Assembly (NCBI GenBank): GCA_963725745.1 | Contig: CAVRZS010000005.1 | Span: forward strand, 25,698 to 89,697 | DNA length: 64,000 bases | Reading direction: 5' to 3' | Source: an uncultured Chloroflexia bacterium | GTDB lineage: Bacteria > Chloroflexota > Limnocylindria > Limnocylindrales > CSP1-4 | Part shown: positions 46,234 to 56,271 of the stretch, piece by piece | Position numbering within the stretch: position 1 is the first letter of the stretch | Layout of the letters: each line of letters starts with the position of its first letter | The notes under the pieces: model-generated | The model's database searches: none | The model's input: only the letters and a program-made list of their open reading frames with translations | What the model was told of the DNA's origin: nothing | Program-made: the position numbers and the translations under genes

Positions 46234-47409
46234 GTGAACCTGTTCGACCTGTTCGCCGTCGTGATGCTCATCACGGCGATCCTCGCCGGCATCCGGACCG
46301 GCGCCCTGCCCCAGGTCGGCGGCGTCGCGGGCGCCATCGGCGGCCTGCTGCTGGTCCTCGCCCTCGCGCCCGCGGTGCTCGACGTCACGGCGACCCTGGA
46401 GCCGATCCCGCGGGCCCTCGCCGTCCTGGGCGCCGTGCTGGCGGCCGTGATCATCGGCGAGGCGATCGGCTCCGGCGTGGGACGCGTCCTCGCCGGCCAG
46501 CTCGGTCGGGGCGTGCTGTCGGGCATGGATCGGGCCGCGGGCGGGTTCCTGGGCGCCGTCCAGGCGATCCTGATCGTGTGGCTCGCGGGTGGCCTGCTGG
46601 CCGCCGGGCCCTTCCCCAGCCTGGGCCGAGCGGCCACCCAGTCGGTCGTGGTGCGCGGGGTGGACCAGGTGCTGCCGCCACCAACCGAGGTCGTCGGCGA
46701 GATCGCGGGGGCGCTCGATGCCTCGGGCCTGCCGGACGTCTTCGTCGGGCTCGATCCCCTGCCGCTGCCCGCCGTGGACACGCCCACCGATCCGCAGGCG
46801 GAGCGGATCGCGAGCGCGGCGATCGGCGCCACGGCCCGGATCACCACCCGCGCCTGCAACAGCCAGGTCAATGGGACGGGCGTGATCATCGCGCCCGGGT
46901 ACCTGGTCACCAACGCCCACGTGGTCGCGGGCGCGAGCGCCATCCGTGCCGCGCTCGATTCGGGCATCGCCGACGCCGTGCCCGTGCTGTTCGATCCGAG
47001 CCTCGACGTGGCCGTGCTCTACGCACCCGACCTGGGCGGCCACGCGCTGCGCTTTGCGACCTCGATCCCCGATCGGGGCGCGGAGGGCGCGACGCTCGGG
47101 TACGCGGGCGGCGGCGCGCTCGTGATCCTGCCGGCGGCGGTCGCGGGTGCCTACCAGGCGACCGGCCACGACATCTACGACACGGCGCAGGTCCGGCGCG
47201 AGATCCTCGAGCTGCGCGCGGCCATCGAGCCAGGCGACTCGGGCGGACCGCTGGTCCTCGAGGACGGCACCATCGGCGGGCTGGTGTTCGCGGAATCGCG
47301 CGCCGATCCCGAGGTCGGCTACGCGCTGAGCCCGACGGCCGTCTCGACCCGGGTGGCCCCCGCCATCGGCCGGACGGGCGCGGTCGACGTGGGGCGGTGC
47401 ATCGACTGA
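46234..47409 (+). CDS. CvpA-domain membrane protein fused to a trypsin-like serine protease (MarP-like)
   Basis: Four N-terminal TM helices (CvpA-like). The protease domain has VTNAHVV (His), a DVAVL-type Asp and GDSGGPLV (Ser). Confidence 0.8.
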   Translation: MNLFDLFAVVMLITAILAGIRTGALPQVGGVAGAIGGLLLVLALAPAVLDVTATLEPIPRALAVLGAVLAAVIIGEAIGSGVGRVLAGQLGRGVLSGMDRAAGGFLGAVQAILIVWLAGGLLAAGPFPSLGRAATQSVVVRGVDQVLPPPTEVVGEIAGALDASGLPDVFVGLDPLPLPAVDTPTDPQAERIASAAIGATARITTRACNSQVNGTGVIIAPGYLVTNAHVVAGASAIRAALDSGIADAVPVLFDPSLDVAVLYAPDLGGHALRFATSIPDRGAEGATLGYAGGGALVILPAAVAGAYQATGHDIYDTAQVRREILELRAAIEPGDSGGPLVLEDGTIGGLVFAESRADPEVGYALSPTAVSTRVAPAIGRTGAVDVGRCID

Positions 47410-47524
47410 TCCATCCGGGCGGTGTCGCGCCGCACCGCCGTGCATGCGGGTCGAGCACCGGGGTGTCGCGTTGCCGACACCTCCCGGCCGTCCCTGCCGC
47501 GGTCGTGGTCGATACGATCTGCCG

Positions 47525-49261
47525 ATGGACTTGATGGCCCACCCGGCGGCCGCCGACGCGACCGGCGACCTCGACGCGCTCGCCGCCGAATACTGGACGA
47601 CGTACCTCGAGACGCACCCGCTGTTCGCCACGGCCATCGGCGATCCGCGCTTCGACGACCTGCTGACGGATCCCACGCCCGAGGGTTCCGCGGCGACGAG
47701 GGCGCGCTTCAGCGACCTGCTCGACCGCGTCAACGAGGTCGACCCGCGCGCGCTGGAGGGCGAGGCGAAGGTCAGCCTGCTGATGCTCCGCGAGACGATC
47801 GCGTCGGACATCGCGGAGCTCGACACCGGCCTGCTCGACTGGAACATCGACCCGATCGAGGGCGTGCCCGCGGACTTCCTGCTGGTCCCCGACTACCAGC
47901 GCCTGGACACGCCCGAGGATGGCGCCCGGATGGCCGCACGGTGGCGGGCGATGGCCGAGTACACCGACCGGCATCTCTCGAGCCTTCGCCGCAGCCTGGC
48001 CGAGGGACGCGTCGCGTGCCTCCCGCCGGGCCAGCGAACCGTCGACATCCTCGAACGCCTGCTCGACGGCGACACCGCCGATTGGGCCCTGTTGGCGCCG
48101 CTGGGCGATGTCGCCGACCTGCCCGGCTGGTCGACGGCCGAGCGGGAACGCTTCAGCGCCGAGCTCACCTCGATCGTCGAGGGGGAGATCCGGCCGGCCT
48201 TCATCCGGCTCCACGACGCGCTCGTGACCGAGATCCTGCCCGCGGCGCGCTCCGCCGACCGACCCGGCATGTGCCAGGTGCCCGAGGGTGCCGACGGCTA
48301 CAACCGGCTGATCCGCGTGCACACCTCGCTCGATCTCGACGCCGCGGCCCTCCACCAGATCGGCCTGGACGAGATCGCCCGGATCGATTTCGAGCTCGCG
48401 GAGCTGGCCGGACGCACGATCGGATCCGCGAGCCTTGACGAGGCGCTGACGAACCTGCGCCACGATCCGAGCCTGTACTTCGCGACCCGCGACGAGGTGT
48501 TCGACAAGGCGGCGTCGTGCCTGGCGCGCGCCGCCGAGGCGATCCCCGACTGGTTCGGCCGCCTGCCCAAGGCCTCGTGCGAGATCGTCCGCATGGCGCC
48601 CCACGAGGAGCTCCATTCGTCGATCGCCTACTACCGCCAGCCGGCGGTGGACGGGTCGCGCCCGGGCAGCTACTACATCAACACCTCGGAGCCCGAGACC
48701 AAGCCGCGCTACGAGGCGGAGGCGCTCACCTACCACGAGTCGATCCCTGGCCATCACCTCCAGATCGCGATCGGCCAGGAGCTGCCGCACCTGCCCGAGT
48801 TCCGCCGTCACCTCGGACCGACCGCCTTCTTCGAGGGCTGGGGCCTGTACACCGAGCGGCTGAGCGACGAGATGGGCCTGTACACCGGCGACCTCGACCG
48901 GATCGGCGTCCTGTCGTTCGACGCCTGGCGCGCCGCGCGCCTGGTCGTCGATACCGGGATCCACGCGATGGGCTGGCCGCGCGATCGCGCGATTGCGTTC
49001 ATGCTGGAGCACACGGCGCTGGCGCCCAACAACATCGCCAACGAGGTCGATCGCTACATCGTGCTCCCCGGACAGGCCCTGGCCTACAAGCTCGGCCAGC
49101 TCGAGATCCTCCGGCTGCGGGAGGAGGCGCGGACGCGCCTGGGCGACAGGTTCGACATCCGCGGCTTCCACGACGCCGTCCTGGGCAGTGGTGCGCTGGC
49201 GCTGCCGACGCTCCGCGGCGTCGTCGAGGCCTGGGCCTCGGGACGGCTCGCCGAGGGCTGA
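47525..49261 (+). CDS. DUF885 family protein (putative metallopeptidase-like)
   Basis: The length and the YHESIPGHHLQ motif, plus the conserved ..EVDRYIVLPGQALAYKLG.. tail, are typical of DUF885. Confidence 0.8.
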   Translation: MDLMAHPAAADATGDLDALAAEYWTTYLETHPLFATAIGDPRFDDLLTDPTPEGSAATRARFSDLLDRVNEVDPRALEGEAKVSLLMLRETIASDIAELDTGLLDWNIDPIEGVPADFLLVPDYQRLDTPEDGARMAARWRAMAEYTDRHLSSLRRSLAEGRVACLPPGQRTVDILERLLDGDTADWALLAPLGDVADLPGWSTAERERFSAELTSIVEGEIRPAFIRLHDALVTEILPAARSADRPGMCQVPEGADGYNRLIRVHTSLDLDAAALHQIGLDEIARIDFELAELAGRTIGSASLDEALTNLRHDPSLYFATRDEVFDKAASCLARAAEAIPDWFGRLPKASCEIVRMAPHEELHSSIAYYRQPAVDGSRPGSYYINTSEPETKPRYEAEALTYHESIPGHHLQIAIGQELPHLPEFRRHLGPTAFFEGWGLYTERLSDEMGLYTGDLDRIGVLSFDAWRAARLVVDTGIHAMGWPRDRAIAFMLEHTALAPNNIANEVDRYIVLPGQALAYKLGQLEILRLREEARTRLGDRFDIRGFHDAVLGSGALALPTLRGVVEAWASGRLAEG

Positions 49262-50940
49262 TGACCGGTAGCGGGGGAGGCGCGAGGACGGCGCCGCTCG
49301 CGATCGCGACCCGTTCCCTGGTCGGGGTCCTGCACAACCGCGACCTCAGGTCGCTCGAGCTCGCGTGGACGCTCGGCGTTGCCGCCGACTGGGCCCTGCT
49401 CGTGGTCGCGCTGCTGGTCGCCTACGACGCGGGCGGCGCCGTGCTGGTGGGGCTGGTCTCGCTGACCCGGATGATCCCGGCCACCCTCGTGAACCTGTTC
49501 GTGGACACGAGCCGGTTCGGGCGGCCCGAGCGCACGCTCGTCGGCGTCAACCTGATCCGGGCCGCCGGCGCCGTGGTCGTCGCGGCCGCGAGCGTCGCCG
49601 ACACGACCGTCGTCGTGTTCGCCGCCATCGCGGTCGCCTCCGCGGCCGGGGCGCTGGTCCGGCCGACGATCCTGACGCTCCTGCCCCAGGTGGCCACGAG
49701 CCCCGCGGAGCTGGTCAGCGCCAACACGGCGGGCGCGCTGGGCGAGAGCCTGGGCACGTTCGCCGGGCCGCTGGTCGCCGGCATCGTCGTCGCCCAGCTG
49801 GGGGCCATGCCCGCTGCGCTCGTGTCTGCCGCGCTGTGCCTGCTCGCGGGCGCGGTCGCGCTCGCGGTGCGCGTCCCGGACGCCTCGCGCCCGCCCCGCA
49901 GGGCGCAGGAAGCGAGGCCGGCGATCCCGTTCCTCGCCGGGGTGCGGGAGCTTGCGGCGCGCAGGCCCGCCGGGATGGTGATGGTGTCGTTCGTCGGGCA
50001 GACCGTCGTCCGCGGCGCCCTCACCACGTTCATCGCCATCCTCGCGATAGAGGTCCTGGGGATGGGCGACGCCGGCGTCGGGATCCTGGGTGCCGCCGTC
50101 GGCCTGGGCGGCATTGTCGGGGCGCTCGCCGCGCTCGGCATCGGGGCGGAGCGACGGCTGGCGACGGTGTTCGTGATCGCCCTGGTCGGCTGGGGGGCGC
50201 CCGTCGCCGTGATCGGGTTCGTCCCGGTGACGGTCGTCGCGATCGTCGCCCTTGCGGTGGTCGGCATCGCCAACGCCCTGCTCGACGTGTCCGGGCTGAC
50301 GCTCCTCCAGCGCGGCACCGCCAACGACGCGCGGTCGGCGGTGTTCGCGGTGCTCGAGGTGGCCGCCAGCGCGGGGGTGTCGATCGGCGGCGTACTGGCG
50401 TCGGTCATGATCGCGGTGCTGGGCATCGAGCGATCGCTGGTCCTGGTCGGGCTCAGCCTGCCCGTGATCGCGGTCCTCGGCTGGCCGCTGGTGCGGCGCC
50501 TGGACACGGAGGGCGTCGTGCCCGAGCGCCAGTCGTCGCTGCTGCGCGGGATCCCCCTGTTCTCGCTCCTGCCCCTGGCCGCGCTCGAGCGCGTGGCGAC
50601 CGGGATGCGCGAGGTGCGCTTCACGGCCGGCGAGCCGCTGATGACGCAGGGCGACCCGGGCGACACGTTCGTGGTGATCGAGCGCGGCGACGTGGAGATC
50701 GCGATGGACGGGCGGCCCCATCACCGGGAGGGTCCGGGCACCGGCATCGGCGAGATCGCCCTGCTGCGCTCGATCCCGCGGACGGCAACCGTGACGGCGC
50801 TCGACGACGTCGATGCGTGGTCGATCGGCTGCGAGACGTTCCTCGAGGCGGTGACGGGCCACGAGGGCAGCGCCGCGGCGGCCGATGCCGTCGTGGAGTC
50901 GCGGCTGCACGTGGACGCCGGACCGGCCGACCCTCGCTAG
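49261..50940 (+). CDS. MFS transporter fused to a C-terminal cyclic-nucleotide-binding domain
   Basis: About 12 hydrophobic helices, then [47 protein letters not shown]...PRTATV (cNMP-binding fold). The ATG overlaps the DUF885 TGA by 1 nt. Confidence 0.8.
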   Translation: MTGSGGGARTAPLAIATRSLVGVLHNRDLRSLELAWTLGVAADWALLVVALLVAYDAGGAVLVGLVSLTRMIPATLVNLFVDTSRFGRPERTLVGVNLIRAAGAVVVAAASVADTTVVVFAAIAVASAAGALVRPTILTLLPQVATSPAELVSANTAGALGESLGTFAGPLVAGIVVAQLGAMPAALVSAALCLLAGAVALAVRVPDASRPPRRAQEARPAIPFLAGVRELAARRPAGMVMVSFVGQTVVRGALTTFIAILAIEVLGMGDAGVGILGAAVGLGGIVGALAALGIGAERRLATVFVIALVGWGAPVAVIGFVPVTVVAIVALAVVGIANALLDVSGLTLLQRGTANDARSAVFAVLEVAASAGVSIGGVLASVMIAVLGIERSLVLVGLSLPVIAVLGWPLVRRLDTEGVVPERQSSLLRGIPLFSLLPLAALERVATGMREVRFTAGEPLMTQGDPGDTFVVIERGDVEIAMDGRPHHREGPGTGIGEIALLRSIPRTATVTALDDVDAWSIGCETFLEAVTGHEGSAAAADAVVESRLHVDAGPADPR

Positions 50941-51014
50941 CGCCGTCCCCGGCACGAGGGCGCGCCGCCGCCGTACCCTGTCCTCCTGCACCGCCGCCCG
51001 ACCACGAGGACCCG

Positions 51015-52763
51015 ATGGCCGCCGACACGACCCCCAAGCACAACCGCCCCACCGATCCCGCCAAGCGGCACAGCCATGCCCTGACCGACGGCCCCGACCG
51101 GGCCGGCGCGCGCGCGATGCTCAAGGCCGTGGGCTTCACGGACGACGACCTGGCCCAGCCGATCGTCGGCGTCGGGACCTCGTGGATCGAGACGATGCCC
51201 TGCAACCTCAACCAGCGGCGGCTGGCGGAGAAGGTCAAGGAGGGGATCCGGTCCGCCGGCGGCACGCCGATGGAGTTCAACACCATCGCCGTCTCGGACG
51301 GGGTGTCGATGGGCACCGAGGGGATGAAGGCGTCGCTCATCAGCCGCGAGGTGATCGCCGACTCGATCGAGCTCGTCGCGCGCGGCCACCTGTTCGACGG
51401 CATCGTGTGCCTGGTCGGCTGCGACAAGACGATCCCCGCTGGGGCGATGGCGCTGGGCCGCCTGGGCATTCCCGGGCTCGTGCTCTACAACGGGACGATC
51501 TACCCCGGCACCTACAAGGGCCAGCCGTCGGACATCGTGAGCGTGTACGAGGCGATCGGCTCGTATCGCGCGGGCAAGATCAGCCTCGAGGAGCTGTACG
51601 AGATCGAGGAGGGCGCGTGCCCCGGGGCCGGGGCCTGCGGGGGCCAGTTCACGGCCAACACCATGGCCACGGCCCTCGAGTTCCTGGGCCTCTCGCCGGC
51701 TGGCCTCAACGGCATCCCCGCCGAGGATCCGGCCAAGGACGAGGCCGCGCGCCGAGCGGGTGAGCTCGTGATGACGCTCGTTCACCACAACATCCGGCCG
51801 GCCGACATCGTCACCCGCAACTCGCTCGAGAACGCCATCGCGTCGGTGTCCGCGACGGGCGGCAGCACGAACGCCGCGCTCCACCTGCCGGCCATCGCCG
51901 CCGAGTTCGGCATGACGCTGACCCTGGACGAGTTCGCGGTGGTGGCGGACCGGACGCCGCTGATCGCCGACATGCGGCCCGGCGGCCGGTACGCCGCGGC
52001 CGACATGTACGACGCGGGCGGCGTCGGGCTGGTCATGCGCGAGCTGCTCAAGCAGGATCTCCTCCACGGCGAGGAGACGACCGTCGACGGGCGGACCATC
52101 GCCAGGATCGCCGAGGACACGGTCGAGACGCCCGGCCAGCCAGTCGTTCGAACCATCGACAACCCGATCAAGCACACCGGCGGGCTCACCGTGCTGCACG
52201 GCAGCCTCGCCCCCGACGGCTGCGTCCTCAAGCTCGCGGGGGCGGAGCGCCGCCACCACAGCGGCCCGGCGCGCGTGTTCGACTCCGAGACGGCGTGCTT
52301 CGAGGCCGTCCGCGAGCGCCGGATCGTCGCCGGCGACGTGGTCGTGATCCGCTACGAGGGCCCGGTCGGTGGCCCCGGGATGCAGGAGATGCTCGGCGTG
52401 ACGGGCGCCCTGGTCGGTGCCGGCCTCGGCGAATCGGTCGCGCTGCTGACCGACGGGCGATTCTCGGGCGGCACGCGCGGCCTGATGATCGGCCACGTGT
52501 CGCCGGAGGCCGCCGTGGGCGGCCCGATCGCCCTGATCGAGGAGGGCGACACGATCACGGTCGACGTCGACGCCCGGCAGCTCAACCTCGAGGTGCCCGA
52601 GGCGGAGCTGGCCGAGCGGCGCGCGCGCTGGTCGGCGCCGGCGCCGCGGTACACGACGGGGGCGCTGGCCAAGTACGCGGCGCTCGTCTCGTCGGCGTCC
52701 GAGGGCGCGATCACCAGCGGCGCGCGCCTGCGGACCGCCCTCGCCTCGAGCGCGGGCGGCTAG
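51015..52763 (+). CDS. ilvD: Dihydroxy-acid dehydratase
   Basis: [23 protein letters not shown]...V..G....[27 protein letters not shown].....H.FDG.V.L.GCDK..PG, and a C-terminal TDGRFSGGT. Confidence 0.92.
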   Translation: MAADTTPKHNRPTDPAKRHSHALTDGPDRAGARAMLKAVGFTDDDLAQPIVGVGTSWIETMPCNLNQRRLAEKVKEGIRSAGGTPMEFNTIAVSDGVSMGTEGMKASLISREVIADSIELVARGHLFDGIVCLVGCDKTIPAGAMALGRLGIPGLVLYNGTIYPGTYKGQPSDIVSVYEAIGSYRAGKISLEELYEIEEGACPGAGACGGQFTANTMATALEFLGLSPAGLNGIPAEDPAKDEAARRAGELVMTLVHHNIRPADIVTRNSLENAIASVSATGGSTNAALHLPAIAAEFGMTLTLDEFAVVADRTPLIADMRPGGRYAAADMYDAGGVGLVMRELLKQDLLHGEETTVDGRTIARIAEDTVETPGQPVVRTIDNPIKHTGGLTVLHGSLAPDGCVLKLAGAERRHHSGPARVFDSETACFEAVRERRIVAGDVVVIRYEGPVGGPGMQEMLGVTGALVGAGLGESVALLTDGRFSGGTRGLMIGHVSPEAAVGGPIALIEEGDTITVDVDARQLNLEVPEAELAERRARWSAPAPRYTTGALAKYAALVSSASEGAITSGARLRTALASSAGG

Positions 52764-52770
52764 GCGCCCG

Positions 52771-53697
52771 ATGCGCGCGGGCACGCGGCCGGGTCTCGTC
52801 GGCTTCCGGATCTCGGCGACCGAATCCACGGGCCTCGACTGGTCCCGGATCGACGAGACGTGGGCGCTCGCGGGCGAGCTCGGGGTGTTCGACGCCGGTT
52901 GGGTCAGCGACCACCTCTCCGATGCCAGCCGGGAGCGCAACGGCCCGGCCATGGAGTCGCTCACCACCGTCGCGGCGCTCGCGCACCGGGTCAGCGGCAA
53001 ATGGATCGGCGTTGCCGTGGCGGCCAACACGTTTCGCCACCCGGCGGTCCTGGCCAAGTCCGCGACGGTCGTCGACAACGTGACCGGCGGGCGGTTCATC
53101 CTCGGCCTGGGCGCCGGCTGGCACGAGGGCGAGCACACGGCCTTCGGGCTGCCGTTGCCCCCGCTGCCCGAGCGCTACGACCGCTTCGAGAGCGCACTGC
53201 GCGTCCTGACGGCGCTGTTCTCGGACCAGGCGCGCCGCCCGCCCGGCGTCACCCTCGACGACCGGTTCTACCCGCTCCAGGGGGCGACCAACGAGCCCGG
53301 GCCCGTGCGCGTGGGCGGACCGGCGATCTGGCTGGGCGGCCAGAAGCGACGCGGGATCGACCTCGCGACGCGCTACGCGGAGGGCTGGCCGATGCCCGGC
53401 AACCGCCCGGGCGACGTCGACTACTTCTCGGCCAAGCGGGACGAGATCTCGCGCGCGCTGGAGGCCGCCGGCCGGGACCCGGCCAGCTTCACGTTCGCCG
53501 CCCAGCTCTCGTGCGGCGCCACGGCCGACTCCCGACGGGAGGCACTCGAGACCGCGCGGGCGTTTCTCGCCGTCGGCGCCAACCACGTGATCCTGGGCGT
53601 CCCCGCGAGCATGGCGCCGGACGGACTGGCGGTGGTCGCCGACGAGGTCGCCGAGCCGCTTGCGGAGCGGGCTGCGGCGGCCTCGCCGCTCGCGTGA
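52771..53697 (+). CDS. LLM-class (luciferase-like) flavin/F420-dependent oxidoreductase
   Basis: GWVSDH, GRFILGLGAGWHEGEHTAFG and a PIWLGG-like segment, typical of LLM oxidoreductases. Confidence 0.85.
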   Translation: MRAGTRPGLVGFRISATESTGLDWSRIDETWALAGELGVFDAGWVSDHLSDASRERNGPAMESLTTVAALAHRVSGKWIGVAVAANTFRHPAVLAKSATVVDNVTGGRFILGLGAGWHEGEHTAFGLPLPPLPERYDRFESALRVLTALFSDQARRPPGVTLDDRFYPLQGATNEPGPVRVGGPAIWLGGQKRRGIDLATRYAEGWPMPGNRPGDVDYFSAKRDEISRALEAAGRDPASFTFAAQLSCGATADSRREALETARAFLAVGANHVILGVPASMAPDGLAVVADEVAEPLAERAAAASPLA

Positions 53698-54650
53698 CCG
53701 TGCGCGGCGCCACCGGGGTGCGGCGGCTCGACGCCGGCGACGATGCCGGCCTGCGCGACTTCGTCGCCATCGTCAACGCCGTCACCCCCGAATGGCCGAC
53801 ATCGGTCGAGGACCAGGCCTGGTCCGACGCGACCTACCCGGGCGGCACCCGATTCCTCGGCTTCCTCGATGGCCGGCCGGTCGCGGCCGCGTCGGTCGGG
53901 CGGATCTACATGTACGAGCCGACGTTCGAGCGCTACTGGTTCGGGATGCAGGTGTTGCCGGAGGCACGACGCCGTGGCCTGGGCACCGGGCTCTGGACCG
54001 CCTGCTCACGGGCGGCGAGCGTTGCCGGCAAGACGGGGCTCCAGACCGACGTCTCGGAGCAACAGGAGGATGGGGTGGCGTTCCTGGAGCATCGCGGCTT
54101 CGAGGCGGTCGAGCGGATGAAGATGGTCCAGCTCGACCTGCGCGGGATGACCCCGCCGGACGTGGTCGCCCCGGCCGGGTTCAGCCTCACGACGCTCGCC
54201 GCGCGCCCGGAGCTCGAGCGGGGCGTGCACGCGGTCGCCGTCGAGGCGTACCAGGACATCCCGACGATCGATGAGCTGGTCGCCGTGGGCCCACTCGAGG
54301 AGTTCATCGCCCGCGACGTCCGCCGCGACAGCATCCCGCCCGACGGCTTCGCGATCGCCGTCGACGAGGCGACCGGGGAGGTCGCCGGCTGGGCCTCGCT
54401 CATGATCGTGCCCGGATCCCCCACGATGGCCTGGCATGACATGACCGCGGTCGGCCGCCGGTGGCGCGGAAGGGGCGTGGCGACGGCGCTGAAGCGCGCG
54501 ACCATCGCCTGGGCGGTCGAGCACGGGCTCGAGACCCTGGAGACCGGCAACGATCCCGAGAACGGGCCGATGCGCGCCGTGAACATCAAGCTCGGCTACC
54601 TGCCGATCCCGGACATGCTCACGATGCGCGGCCCGTTCGCCCCGTCCTGA
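53694..54650 (+). CDS. GNAT family N-acetyltransferase, apparently two tandem GNAT folds
   Basis: GTGA overlap with the LLM gene. Two acetyl-CoA motif-A-like segments (VLPEARRRGLGTGL and VGRRWRGRGVATAL). Confidence 0.75.
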   Translation: MTVRGATGVRRLDAGDDAGLRDFVAIVNAVTPEWPTSVEDQAWSDATYPGGTRFLGFLDGRPVAAASVGRIYMYEPTFERYWFGMQVLPEARRRGLGTGLWTACSRAASVAGKTGLQTDVSEQQEDGVAFLEHRGFEAVERMKMVQLDLRGMTPPDVVAPAGFSLTTLAARPELERGVHAVAVEAYQDIPTIDELVAVGPLEEFIARDVRRDSIPPDGFAIAVDEATGEVAGWASLMIVPGSPTMAWHDMTAVGRRWRGRGVATALKRATIAWAVEHGLETLETGNDPENGPMRAVNIKLGYLPIPDMLTMRGPFAPS

Positions 54651-54672
54651 GGCCGACCGGCATACTTCGGGC

Positions 54673-55737
54673 GTGGGCGTCGTCGACCTCAACGGGATCA
54701 GGCTGCGGAACCGGCTCGTCACCTCCGCCAGCCTGCTGGGCTACGGGGCGTCGAAGCGGCGGCTGATCCTGTACGGCCTCTCCCCCATCGCGCAGTGGGT
54801 GCCCCTCGAGCGCTTCGGCGCCGTGACCACCCGGACCATGACGCTCGAGCCCCGCGAGGGTCACTTCACCCTGCGCGAGGACTGGGGCATCACCGAGTTC
54901 CCGGCCATGCTCCGGCTGTACGGCAAGGCGCTGCGGCGCGTCGACGCGGGCTGGCTCAACGCCTTCGGCTGGTCGAACATCGGCATCGAGCGCTACTTCG
55001 AGGAGTACTTCGCCCGCACGGCCGACCTCAACCGGATCGTCTCGATCGGCGGCTTCTCCGCGGACGAGATCGAGCGCCTGGTCGAGATCGTCAACGAACG
55101 GGCGAGGCCGGGCGAGATCGCCGCCATCGAGCTCAACGCCTCGTGCCACAACGTCAACTTCCCGTTCGAGACGATCCTCGAGGAGAGCCTCGCGCGCGCC
55201 GTGCCTCGAAGCCGCCACCCGCTCATCCTCAAGGTCTCCCCGGACGAGGACTACCGCTGGCAGGCCCGCCTCGCCGAGCGCTACGGCTGCGCCGGGATCA
55301 CCGCGATCAACACGGTCAAGGGCCTGCGCCTCGATCCCGAGACGGGCGAGCCGTGGCTCAAGAACCGCTACGGCGCGGTGTCGGGCCGCGCGATCAAGCC
55401 GATCGGGATGCGGGTCGTCGCCGAGCTGCGCGACGCGGGGATCCGGCTGCCGATCATCGCCAACGGTGGCATCCGCGACTTCGACGACTGCCGCGAGTAC
55501 TTCTGGGCCGGCGCCGACGCCGTGAGCCTCGGCTCGGCGGTCTGGCTCACCCGGATGCCGCTGTATGCCCTGGGCCCGATCGAAGGCCTCCGATTGCGGC
55601 GCCTGATCTCGCGGGTCGCCTCGTTCGCGCCACCTGACGCGGCCCCGCACTGGCGGCCCGCCGAGGACGGGCGCGTGGCGCCGTCAGGCGACGATGCACC
55701 GGAGGCCGTGCCGGCCTCGGCTGCCAACGCTGGCTAG
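54673..55737 (+). CDS. Dihydroorotate-dehydrogenase-like flavoenzyme (DHOD family, substrate unknown)
   Basis: LRNRLVTSAS, IELNASCHN, ILKVSPD, NTV.G and IIANGGI....D..EYFWAGADAVSLGSAVW follow the class-1 DHOD/DHPD TIM-barrel pattern. Confidence 0.7.
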   Translation: MGVVDLNGIRLRNRLVTSASLLGYGASKRRLILYGLSPIAQWVPLERFGAVTTRTMTLEPREGHFTLREDWGITEFPAMLRLYGKALRRVDAGWLNAFGWSNIGIERYFEEYFARTADLNRIVSIGGFSADEIERLVEIVNERARPGEIAAIELNASCHNVNFPFETILEESLARAVPRSRHPLILKVSPDEDYRWQARLAERYGCAGITAINTVKGLRLDPETGEPWLKNRYGAVSGRAIKPIGMRVVAELRDAGIRLPIIANGGIRDFDDCREYFWAGADAVSLGSAVWLTRMPLYALGPIEGLRLRRLISRVASFAPPDAAPHWRPAEDGRVAPSGDDAPEAVPASAANAG

Positions 55738-55987
55738 CCACGAGGCGGTCTTCGCCCCTGACAGATCGGAGGCCCGCGACGGTTGACCAGCGGATCGATG
55801 GCCCGATAGGGCACGCGCCTGACAGTTTCTGCCGCCGGATGACGATCTGGCAGTCGCTTGGCCCCAAATCCGGCGGCTTTTCCGGCCAACGATCACAAGC
55901 CGCTGTTCTGGCAGGGAAATCAGGGTTCGATCGGCCTGCGGGTCGCCGTCTCGTGAGCCGTCCGGGCACGGTTCGCCGCCGGGCGGC

Positions 55988-56269
55988 ATGATTGGTGCCG
56001 TGACCGCAGGACCCACCCCGACCGCGCCGCTGCCGCCGGATCCCGTCCAGTACGACGCCGTGCGCAACGAGCACGCTCGCAAGCGCGGCCTGCCGGGGCC
56101 CTACATCGCCGGCGGCACGGACCCCGAGCTGCCCAAGACGCTCGCCCGCGAGCGGCCGTACGTCCAGCTGCTGGTCGCGATGGTGATCGCGATCGTGGTG
56201 ATCGGGTTCGTGCTCGGCATCGTCGAGGCGATCATCGCCGTTCCCGTCGTCAACGTCCCGTCCATCTGA
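55988..56269 (+). CDS. Hypothetical small membrane protein
   Basis: 93 aa with a single C-terminal TM helix (YVQLLVAMVIAIVVIGFVLGIVEAIIAV). Ends 2 nt before the M20 gene start. Confidence 0.45.
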   Translation: MIGAVTAGPTPTAPLPPDPVQYDAVRNEHARKRGLPGPYIAGGTDPELPKTLARERPYVQLLVAMVIAIVVIGFVLGIVEAIIAVPVVNVPSI

Positions 56270-56271
56270 CG

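Noticed and set aside
45400-49171. 815-aa and 754-aa minus-strand ORFs (45400-47847 and 46907-49171)
   Set aside because: They are antisense to the lipoprotein, MarP-like and DUF885 genes and have shadow-ORF composition.
55900-55950. GGTTCGATC motif resembling a tRNA T-loop
   Set aside because: The flanking bases do not form a 5-bp T-stem, and no acceptor, D or anticodon arms can be drawn. It is not a tRNA.
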